A DNA stretch of 64,000 nucleotides from the human T2T-CHM13v2.0 reference genome, Homo sapiens, in the NCBI RefSeq assembly GCF_009914755.1, contig NC_060929.1, one strand, 5' to 3'. The number at the start of each line of letters is the position of its first letter. Positions within the stretch are counted from its first letter, which is position 1. The notes beneath the pieces are model-generated. The model ran no database searches. It saw only the letters and a list, made by a program, of their open reading frames with translations, and had not been told where the DNA came from. This document shows, in pieces, positions 43,023-54,588 of this stretch. Both the position numbers and the translations under genes were made by a program.

Positions 43023-46000
43023 GGAATGGAGGGAAAGAGTTACGTCTAAGCACCTGAGCAGCCATTTGGCTGAAGAGGACTACAGCCAGTGTGGCTTCTT
43101 GAACTTAAGATCATACACTTAATCAGTGCCTGGCTTAACCCTTAATAAGTCAAATCTTTATTGATTTGCAGCCTCACTATCTCAGAGTGTGCTGTGAGTG
43201 GATACAGTAGCTGGCAAGTGGGAGAACTAAGAGTGGAAAAGGTGGCTTCACTGGGAAACAGGTCACCACGGAGCTTTCCTCATCATGGTGCATACAAGGG
43301 AATATACCCCTTCAGGAAAGCAACAGTAGCAAAACAGAGAAGAGTAGCATAATGCATTCAATATGATCAGACAAAGAAAAATAAGTCCGCAACAAATAAG
43401 AACACATAACTCATGAACCTGACTAGCACAGAACAAAGAAATAATTTAACCACAGTAAGTCTAGCAGATCAATATAAGCAATCAACATTTAGACTAAAAT
43501 GGGTATTTTTCACACTGGTTTATGCAGTTTGACTGATTTCACAATCTAAATCAATTGGTTTAAGCAGATTGATCAATTTCACCACCTTAATTCTTTCCAA
43601 ATGGATGTAGCTTAAGAATACTATAAGAATATTAAAAATTATGTACACAAGGTCATTTCATAGATAACTGAATGAAAATGAAATTTCTACCCTAAGATAG
43701 TATGATTAAAATCATGTGGGTAGTGGCAGAAATTGTGTACATAAAGACTGCTCTAAACATATGATACCTTAGCTGCGTATCTGGTTCTTTAAAGCTGTCC
43801 CCAGGCAACCTTACTGTAGAAAGTTTAGGGGCAAGTTATCAGTGACGCATGGAGGACTCTCTGGGCTAGGAAGGGACTTTCAGGCCACAGTGTTCTCACA
43901 AGTTCTAAGAAGTCATTCACAGTGAGAGGGACCACATTCGAAGAGGATTGACAGTTTAGACTGAAAACAGCTTTCAAAGAGACTAATCTTATAAAGTATT
44001 GCAAATGAATAAGGGCAACAGGAGTAGGTGTTCACCTGCCAGTCTCCGCCGTGCAAGATGAGAGCCTGTCTGTACGCACACATGCGCTGACTTAAAAAAA
44101 AATCATATAAAAAACAACATCTTTGCTACGGAGTCGTTTTTAACAAGTATTACAGAAAGAGCACCAGCTACCAAAAAGAGTTGCCAGGGCCAGAAGGAGC
44201 CATCAATCGAAACAGTTTACATTTCAAAGTTTTTCCAAGAAGAGTGAAAACGTCTCCTCTCCTTGATGGAAAACGGAGGAGCTGTAGTAAAGAATCTATT
44301 TGCTGCCTTCCCAGTCAAGTTTCTTTCTCTAGAGTGGCCCTTTAACCCTTAGGTTGAGGCCAACAGGTAGAGATAAAAAGGAATGTTTGCATCTTCTGCT
44401 TGTGCTCTGAGCAGCTTACTAGGCTGTAGAGTCAGGATAAAAAATCCTCTTTCTTTTGTGAGTTTCATTGTTCAGAAATGAGTCTTTTTGCTCTTGGGCA
44501 CTACTGGAGATAAACAGGTCATTTTGACTTTTACACTCTGTACTTCCTGACATCACTAACAATTATACACATCAGTCTTGGAATGTGTTTTTCTCCTCAA
44601 AGTATTTCAGGAATTGACTCTTTCTTTTCTCCGCTTCATTTACAACCTAGGAAATTAATGCTAACCATGCTACATTTTAACCAGAATGTATATTTGTTTA
44701 TCTCTTTTAAAATTTTTTATTTGAAAGAAAAAAATTTGGCCCTAGGTGAAAAAGCATTTCTTAAAATCAGGAACAGTTTTCTATAAGATGTATAATCCAG
44801 ATGTATACTTTTGTTTTTAGCTTTTAATTTTCTGCTTAATTTTTGCCTTATTTCTAAACACCAAATTTGATTTCCTGAATCCATTAGGATAAATTCTACA
44901 TACCTCATTCTTACTTCTAGAAGCATGTCAAATGGAAGCACTAATCTAAGAAAAAAATTTGATTTCACAATTAAGACTTGGGAAAGAAAACAACAACAGA
45001 CACTGGGACCCCTTTGTCATGAACTTGTCCCATAAAAATAGTTATTTGCGCTTCTCCCTCCCCTTACTCCAATAATCCCATCACTGGATTCTTTGTTACC
45101 CCATCTCTTTGACCAACAGGCAGTTTGTAGAACCATAATGAAGACTCTGCATCCCTGATGATCATTTTTTCAGATTGCAATGTGACTAGAAAAGGAAAAA
45201 AATGAAAGGACCCCCTTCTATTTTTGCACACACATATAAATGCTGTTCATTACGGTTACAAAAATTACAGTCACTTTCTTAGATTGATTTATTGATATAA
45301 ATGACATGATATCACTGAAAAAATATTGCCAATTTACATATAACATCCTTTATAAATACCATTGGTTCTCAGTGAACTCCTCCTGACCTCCTGGTCTGAG
45401 ACTGTCTCTATGTGATGTACATAATTCTCTCAACACTGATCCATTACTTCTTCTCAGTGTTGGGGGTTAGGCCAATAGTGTAAAGTCACAGATAATTAGC
45501 AGCCCTATCAATAACCAGTTACAGAATTTCTGCCTAAGTGACAGGCCAGAAAAGCCAAAAAAGGAGGTAGCAATATAAAGTAGAAGGGAAGTGCCGATAT
45601 ATTTTGTGGTTCAAGCAGCTGCTATGGACTATCAGCATCACCAGGAGACCTCACTGCATTAGCATAAATTCAAATGACAAATGCACAGTGCTATTCAGAG
45701 ACTCATTAATTTGCAATGGGTGCAGTGCTCATGACATATTAGTGCAAAATTCAAATGTCTTTGTAGCAATGTGAATTTAGTTGTGAGACCAAAGTCGCTA
45801 AAATGAAAATGTGTGGTTTTTTTAGCAGTTTATTAAATTATGAACTGTGATGACTATATCCGTGCATCTTTTTAAGCAGATGAGGTCCAGCGTGCTCCAG
45901 CGGCAAATCGCATGGTTTGTGTTGATATTTTCCTGTCAGACAATTTCCCAAGCAGCAGATAAGATACCAGACTGTCTGCCTTGCTCCGCTGCATGCGGAC

Positions 46001-47514
46001 TGAGAGCTCCCCCTTCTGGACAAATGACATTGCCACTCTAAAAGAAAACCCAGCCATTTTTTGTCTTGTTTTCATATTTTTAAAAGGTTTTCAGGCAAAG
46101 AATTTCGGTGTCCACCTAAAGCCAAAAGAAAACAATTTGCAATTATTTATTATAAGTGACAGTACATGATAACTGTCTTCAAAATACTGAAGAGTCACCC
46201 TCAATTGAAATGCATCATATAATTTTATATGAAGCTTCTTCAAGACCTCACTTGCAAATATATTTTTTAAAATAGCTGCCTGATTTATATAAACCAAGAA
46301 TATAAGCTACAAAAATAATAAAAACTATCATATTCATATTGCTTCCACAATATCATAAACAAGCTTACAATTACTAGCATTCTATTGTATAAGAAAAAAG
46401 CAAGAACATACACGGCTAGAGGCTTTTAAACAAAGCAACCAAGTGTATATTGTATTCAACTCTATTGAATGAAATTATGAACAGACCCAGACAAGGAAAG
46501 TCAGATCATACCCATGTCACATGTGTGTGGTGTGTTGTGTGTGCATTTTTCTCTTTAACATCAGGAATCTTCTGTCCAGTTACTTCACATTAGTCAAAGC
46601 AGATTTATCATTGGTGTGTCTTTTAAAAATTGGCATGTTTTTTACATTTAAATAATGACTCAGATTAGTACAATAATGGGATGAAGAAGGTTAATTTGTC
46701 TGCAGTATTAACATTACAAAAATACACAAGATGTCAGCACCTGCACTTCTCAGTACCCAGGGTTCATAGCCACTTAGAGCAGACCTGCATCCCAGTTTAT
46801 ATGATCTAAATATTCATGTTCACATCTAATACTAACAAAAACATACATATAGCATTTTTCAGTAAAGCTATAGCTTCCCAAACCATGTAACATAACTCTG
46901 AATGAATTGAAAAACATGTTGCACTTCGAAAGTTACTTTTAGGAGAATAGAAAATCTTACAGTAAAAGATTTGCCCTTTGGCCATTTGAGCCAACTAATC
47001 TCCATCAGAGTACTAGAAGTGTGTTTCAGCAGATCTTTAGTAAAATTTATGTTTATCATTTTTTAACTTTAAATATGTTACTGAATGTAAAAAGGGGTCA
47101 CATCACTCTATTACTGCTTATAGACTTAATTACATACTTTCTGAGCATTATTTCGGCTTATGATGAATTTGGGAGGAAGGTCTTCTAATGAAAGTTGTGT
47201 ACTTTTGAATTACACTTTATAATATCACTGATGCTTTATATCATCTTCAGCAATTAAAAGTAAGATCACTGTTATCTATTCTACTTATTTGCAATTGAAG
47301 TGGTCTTGAGTTATTTAGCAGGCTCATTTTATTTTACAGTAACAGCTACAAGGAAGACACAGAATTAATGAGGATTGAGAAGGATCACTGTACTGTACAT
47401 TAAACATGTGGAAGTTGTATATAACTGAGCAATATCAGATTTATCACTGTAGCCAGATGTCTAGGCATTGTTTTTCCCTAATGAATTTTCTTTCACCAAG
47501 TAATTAGAATCCCA

Positions 47515-47667
47515 GATTTACAGAATGTTAGAACTGGAAGAGCCATTGTTGATCATCTCCCACTTTATGGATGGGAGAACCAAAGGTTCAGAAAAGTTAA
47601 GTGAATTTACCAAGACCTAATGGTTAGAAAATGGCAGAACTGAAACAAGAACCCTGCTCTCTAGACA
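47515..47667 (-). mobile_element. MIR3/MIRc fragment
   Basis: cagaatgttagaactggaagagcc...cactttatggatgggagaacc...aagttaagtgaatttaccaag. Confidence 0.7.
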
Positions 47668-47845
47668 TCCTTTCCCAAACTTGAGCTCACAAGCCCAGAG
47701 GGCCTGTAAAAACACAGATTGCTGAGCATATTTCCAGGGTTCCTGATTCCGTAGGGCTTCAGTAGGCCCTACTGATTTGCATTTTTATCAAGTTCTAGGC
47801 AATGTTATGCTTGCTTGTCCAGGGACCATGCTTTGAGAACTATCG
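47668..47845. mobile_element. MER5A hAT-Charlie element
   Basis: ttcccaaacttgag...aaaacacagattgctg...atttgcattttt...tgtccagggaccatgctttgagaac. Confidence 0.8.
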
Positions 47846-49898
47846 GTCTCTAAACCAGTTTTTGAAAAAACTGCTGGCATTTTATTTCTAATAGCTTTTC
47901 TCTTGATGAAGAAAGCAAACTCAGGCTAATACTTGCCACATTACTTTGTTGTCATCTCTCTAATAGAGGGTTCGGGTAATACATTATGAAAAGTCTGGAA
48001 GTTTGCAGAAAAACAATAACAAAAAGGCACCCTGATTAAGGCATCTGGGGGCACTAAAAATAAAATAATGTCTGAGCTTCAGTTTTTTTAAATCATAACA
48101 GAGTGTAGTTAGAAGCCAAATATAGGAAAGATGGCCTTGTTTTCTGGTCCCTTCCCCCACTAGCCAACAACATTTAGACAACATAGAAGTTTACCCTTTT
48201 AGTCTCTAAAATAAAATAGCATTCACAGACTTAATTAATCAAGGTACCATTCATCATTGTCTATATAGTATTCACAAATTTACATACTAAGAGCCAGAAA
48301 GAAAGAGCCCCTGTGTAAACGAACTTGAACTCATCCGTGCCTGAATCACCGACTCAGAAGAACAGGAGCATGTTCAAGAGGAACTTCGCCAGGGCACGTG
48401 CTGGTTCTTAAGCCCACAACACAGAATTCAACAAACCTGTTCAGCAGTCTGGTCGCACAGTTGTAATATAATTTCATTTTTTCCTGGTTCAAAGAATGAC
48501 CGTGATGAAGATGATCGTCAAAATACAAATATATATATACATATTTAATTTTTTAAAAATAGTATCAATTTGGAAAATGAAAATGACTGATGGTGAAAAA
48601 AGATTTTAATTATATACATAAACCTTGATGTTCTTGTGTTTTTTCTCCCATTTTTATTGAAGTACAGTATAATTACTTCTTTTTACATAAGACTTTAAGG
48701 TAAATTATCTTTTGTCAGTTTTCTAGAAAAATTTGATTTCATATTATGGCTTGATCTCAATTGATGCTATCAATTAAATGGCATTTTTCCTGAACATTAA
48801 GGGTGACTTCCCCTAAGTAACATCCCTGTTTTGGGTTTTTTTTGCTAAGTTATTACATTAAAATCTGATTCAATATATTATTTAAACTTTCACAGAAAAT
48901 AATCTTTTCATTTAAAAATAATTTTCAAATATAAATGGTTTCCAAGCAGATTTTACTGTGCTTTTGCCTTATACTTATTTTTCTACCATTATCCCTGTTT
49001 TTCAGAAAAGCCAACCCAATCACAGAAAAACTAACATAGGTTTTGCTGTGATTGCAGGTGCATCCAGTGTGTTCCTGGGCTTACTTCATGCCTAAACCAA
49101 CATTTTGTGTTCACTGTTATTTCTTCTAGGCCCTCCATTAATAGCCTCCTAATCCCAACATCTTTTGCCATTCTAGGCGCTTCCTTTCTCATTTCTTTTT
49201 CAGGTTCTGCCTACGAAAACCCTTTAATGGCTTGACATTTCTGAATTATAGCAAAAAAAATGTATTTCGCTCTGTGTAAATTAAACTGAATTATTTAGTG
49301 TTTTAATCATAATTTTTAAAAAATTATGAGTGGCAAACAGGGAATTAGTTTGTTCAGAACAAAAGCCTATGATAACATCATTCTTTTTTCAGGACAATAG
49401 AATACTATTTATTAAAAACAAACAAAAAAAAAACCCTAAATTCTGTCCTTTAAAAACAGTGTTAAGTGTGATCAAATATTGTGACTCAGAGGTTACCTGA
49501 CAAAAAAAAACGTAATATTAATGTAAACAGCTAAAAACTAACCTCCTGTGAATACTAAAGCAAATAAATTATAATCTATTATTTCAGGTTTTCTGTTCTA
49601 CAACTGCATTTTTATTTATACCTTTTCATTTCAAATGTATGTGCATAAAGTATTTTTATCCCTCAGTAAAAATAAAGCTAGATATTTTCTGGTAAACAGG
49701 TAAAACAGCAACTCTGTTTTACCTGTTTCTAAAATCTTCTCTCTGATGTTTTCATCACGGGTATCTTACATAGACTCTAGAAATGCAAAGGCAATACAAA
49801 TGGTACGTAAGAACCTCCATTAATCTTTGTTTCAAGGAGAATGTGAACATTCTCTGTACAATTTAATATTCCGTGTCCACCCACAAAATTCTACAGAG

Positions 49899-49900
<2 letters not shown>

Positions 49901-49959
<59 letters not shown>

Positions 49960-49966
49960 GGAGAGA
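49901..49966. repeat. (GT)n(GA)n compound microsatellite
   Basis: About 20 GT units followed by GA units. Confidence 0.97.
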
Positions 49967-50584
49967 ATCGGTAAGTTTGATTTTAGTAGGAAATTAGTAA
50001 AATATGCATATTACAAATAAAGAGAGTACAAGTCCCCATCTGCCATTTATAGTAAGATTTTATATTTCAGAGCTTAATAATGAACCTCCCTGGGGAAAAT
50101 TTAATAAAGCAGGTTCCCTGGTATTGCCAGCAGTTGGGTTTTTCTGCATCTCTTATTTTCTTACTCCCCAGGGGGAAAAAAATCTCAGTAAGATTTGTGA
50201 GCCTGTATCGAAGATAAATCTAGTGTAGTCTGGACTATACACCACCCAAACTGATCCAGATCTCCCACCCAACCCACTGTTCGTTACTGTTTATAAAGTG
50301 CAACATGCCCTGTGAAATGATAGGTTGGAGCATTCTCTATCTGTCCTTACCACAAGAAGTACAAAACCAGTTTAGAGTAACTGGAAATTGCAGTTTCAAA
50401 TTTAAAGAAACACCAGTTATGTATAGGGTGGGTTAGGGATGGGGGTAGTTCTTAACTGTTCTTTTCTCCTACAGAACACTGAGCGTCTAAAACATGTTCA
50501 ATCCTGTTAATGCTTGTCAAAAATTTCACAGTTCAGCTTTGTTCAGATTTTTTACTGACTATGAAAAATCAATTTGGTGGGATT

Positions 50585-50755
50585 CAGATTCATAAAGATG
50601 GAAGAGCTGCAAGAGACCTTAAATAACCTTGTTCTACCAAGTCTATAGGTAAAAACTGAGTCCCAAGGAAATTAAGGGACTTGCTCAAGGTTTCACATGT
50701 CCAGATTGGAACTCAAGTCTGCAGGCGTCCAGTCTATCATCCTTCCCACTGCTCA
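50585..50755 (-). mobile_element. MIR3/MIRc fragment
   Basis: agagctgcaagagaccttaa...aaactgagtcccaaggaaattaagggacttgctcaaggt. Confidence 0.7.
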
Positions 50756-52259
50756 TTTCATCTATTATTATACTTTAGTAATTAAACAATTTAGAGAAGC
50801 TATACAATGTGATTTCACAATTAACATAAAGCAGTCATATTATATCCAGGGTTGTGTAGAATTTCATCTGTGCAAAATTTCACTTGGTATTTAGTCATTA
50901 CACTCAAATAGTATCATTATCTTTCAATTACAGAGATCAATTTTAGTTCATTAGCAAAATAAAATGCTTGCAGAAGGTCCACACAAATTCTTCAAAGCTG
51001 CAATCTTCTAAATGTCAGAATTGAAACACATTTTATAAAAAAAAACAAAATGTGACAAAAGTACTTGAGGTTAAACCACAGCTGTGCAAGACTCAGTGCC
51101 CTGCGTGATCATAAATCTGCTAAAAAGGCATAATTCAAAGTTCTGTAAAGGAAAATGTGTGCCATTGCCAACTAATAATATTGCCATTTTCCCCATTTCT
51201 TGGATTTTGCAGCTTTTCAAGAAAGATTTGGGTCATAGGATATTGTGACACAAATAAAGTATTATGAGTACAGATTCAACCTAAGATGACCTAGAGGCTG
51301 CATAAAGGGAAGATTAGATTAATGTTTAAGCCTTGCAAGAGGATTACTATCTATAGGCAAAAACAATGGCCCAAACAATATAGCTATTAGAAATGATGGT
51401 AACCTTATCAGGCTTTCTAAACTGAGAGCCTTAATTGCTATCCAGACAAACCCCAGTCAGCTAAACAGAGCTACCAGCAAAGGGGCAATATTATCAAGTT
51501 TAAGTTGATGCTAATATCCTTTTGATAAATCTGTGTTGATATAACTTGGGAGAAGTTATTTACAAAATATATATAAAGTTGTTGCTCCTTAATATGTTTA
51601 ATTATTGTGAGGTTATCATACTAGAGTTTCTAAGATTATATCGATATTTCAGGTTTAACTTGTTAGAATATGTAAACCAAAACTACAGCCTTTGTTTTTC
51701 CAACATATTTTTATACTGTTGTACTTTTTTCTAAAGAAGGAAGTGATGATTTGCTCATACTATGATGTGGCCACACTGATATCACAGCTAATGATCCTTG
51801 TGGCACAAATTAAGTTTGCAATAAATGAGATTCTTTTTCTACTAATATGATCAGAAATTTAATACCCAAAAAGATGAAAGGTTTTCAATTTTACCTTTGT
51901 ACATAACCCTTTTCAACATAAGTAAACTCTTCATAAATTTTGTTATGAAATTTAAATAATACATAGTCTTCTTTGTGATTACTTGTTTCATGGAACCCAA
52001 ACCCTAAAATTCTCAATTACTAGAAATTCAAGAAGTTTATCATGTTAAACAGTTTACTAATACAGTAGAAAGATTAGAAATATCATTTTGTGCCATACCA
52101 ACCAAGGGTAGTGGTATTCAGCGAGCCTGGATGGTAAGTAAAGCAGGCAAGCAAGTAAATAGAAATTAGGGGTGCACTGAGAGTTGTCCCATAAACATAA
52201 GTGAAGGCTAGGGAATAAGTCAAGAGAACAGAAATGGCCTTTCTTAAAAAATGGATCAT

Positions 52260-52563
52260 GTTAGGCACAGTGGTTCATGCCTGTAATCCCAATGCTTTGG
52301 AGACTGAGGCAGGAGGATCACTTGAAGCCATGAGTTCAAGACCAGCCTGGGCAACATAGCAAGACCCTGTCTCTACAAAAAAAAATTTAATTAGCCAGGC
52401 ATGGTGTTGCACACCTATAGTCCTAGCTAATAGGGAGGTTGAGATGAGATCACTTGAGCCCATGAGTTTCAGGGCTGCAGTGAGCTATATGATCATGCCA
52501 CTGTATTCCAGCCTGGATGGCAGAGTAAGACCTAATTTCTTTTATTTCTTTAAAAAAAAAAAA
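52260..52563 (+). mobile_element. AluJ (Jo/Jr-like), full length
   Basis: ggcaacatagcaagaccctgtctctac and gctgcagtgagctatatgatc are AluJ-type; A-tail present. Confidence 0.95.
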
Positions 52564-54539
52564 TGAAGCCTGGTCTAGCAACTAAACTCTTGAGGCAAAA
52601 ATTAAATATTCTCATTTAATGGGAGGGAAAGATGGACAGGTAATTGTGAGATTATCAATAAGTGTGCACTGAAAGAGCATTGTACCCAGCAATCAAGTCT
52701 CCAAGGAAAAGAACTGTGTGTGTGTGTGTGTGATTGAGAGGGCAGGGGGAGGCACTGAGGAATATCCAGAGCTATGCCTGCCTTTGAGGGATTGAAGTCA
52801 TCCTGTTTTGAAGGACCACTTGAGTGAGCCCCAGGAAAGTTTTCTGCTGCATAGACTAACAGATGGAGGAAGGCCAGAGCTCAATAACAGCAGAACACAT
52901 CAGTGAAAAGCAAACTAACTGATGGCAGTCCAGTCACAAAGCTGACACAAGGCTCATCTGTGCTTGGAAGTACTGTTGGAGAAGGGCTTCCTCTGGGTTT
53001 GTAAAATCCCTTAAATTCTTAGACAATCTTGGAAACAGACTGGCCCCCTAAGTATGCAATACTATACTTCTGGCCAGCATGGCATGTGGAGGCTTAAGCC
53101 AATCCTACTTTAACCTAGCAAAGGAAAAACTGTGTGACTGTCCTTGCATGCAGAGCCTGGGGACTGCTTTATCCCAATTACATAAATACTTTGTTGTGTT
53201 GTTGTCTCTTCTGTTTTAAAAATACCACTACTGAAGGTAACTGCTACCTGTGCAGATGAAATGTACAATAAAATGTACAATGAAAACCCCATTGTACAGC
53301 TCTCAATCCATTTTACATTTTTACCTGCACACCTAGTCATTTGGATTATGATATTTACAACTAAATGCTTTATACAAAAAAAAAACCCTAGTATTGTTGA
53401 TACTCTTGATCGTACACTTTATTTCATAAACAAATCCATGATATTAGGAATGCTGATGGTGAAATTGTCCTTAATGTTGCTATTATTTAGAAATTTTCAG
53501 AAACGTCCTATCGTTTCATGATATGTTTCTCAATGTCCTGCGTTGTTCACTTATATTCATCTTTTACAAAGAAAACAGAATTAAGGGAAATGCTTAGAGA
53601 TATATAGGTTGTCTTAATTTAACTCACAGATTTTTTAAAAATTCAAGCCTGGGGTTTAGAAAACAGGAGTAACTAGGAATGAAGCTCTCCATCAACAAAA
53701 ACTTGGAGTGAAAAATAACAGGCTATCTTGAATAGCTTGGATATTCCATTTAAGGCCAAGAGCCTAGGAAAAAAAAACTCCTTTTAAAATTATTCCAGTT
53801 TTTGATTTCTCAAATGACACATTTATGTACTTGCATTAAACAGCAAACATTACAAAGAACTCTAAATTATCAGTTGGTCACCCTAATGAAAATCCAAATC
53901 AGTTCCCAAGGGTAAGCACTGTTACCAGTTACTGGTGTATTCGTCTAAACTATTTCCTATATACTTACAAAGATACATAGAATAAGTGCATAGTTGCCTT
54001 TATATATACAATTAGTACATGAAAATATGGTATTATTTGTTTGGTTTACATGAACAGAGAGAAGATATCTTTTAATTCTAAGAGTACATAAATTAATTAT
54101 ACTGAGAAAAATGAAACATTTTTTGCAATTATTGGCCTAGAAACTAGCACTGAATTTTGCTTCTGAAATAGCATATTAGCAGGAGCCTCTTCTACCTAAG
54201 GAGGAAAAATCTGCTTTAATAGCCCTTTCATATCCCTCATAGCCCAGTGACAGACAGCATATATTTAGCTTCACTCTCTTCCGCAAAACTGAAATGTTCT
54301 GCTCAGATTTTGTTATAAAACTTGTACCTGATGAACCTCAAGGCAAGTTGTGGAATCACATACCATTTTTGTCCAGCAACCCACTTTACTCATCTTTTAT
54401 TGTCATTGCTTATTAAATTTGCAACACACACACATATATTCATACACACATAGAGAAAATTAAACCCTACACTTCTTCCCTTGAGAGGGGAAAGGAAAGA
54501 AAAACAGGAAAGTCAATATTCAATATTTGCTGTGGTTAA

Positions 54540-54588
54540 GTATATATATATGTATATGTTTATATATATATATATATATATATATATG
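54540..54588. repeat. (TA)n microsatellite
   Basis: tatatatatatgtatatgtttatatatatatatatatatatatatatg. Confidence 0.95.

Noticed and set aside
42693-43065. Tyr/Ile/His-rich ORFs
   Set aside because: They are translations of microsatellite sequence.
48366-48375. p53 response element (gagcatgttc)
   Set aside because: Only one half-site, with no adjacent second decamer.
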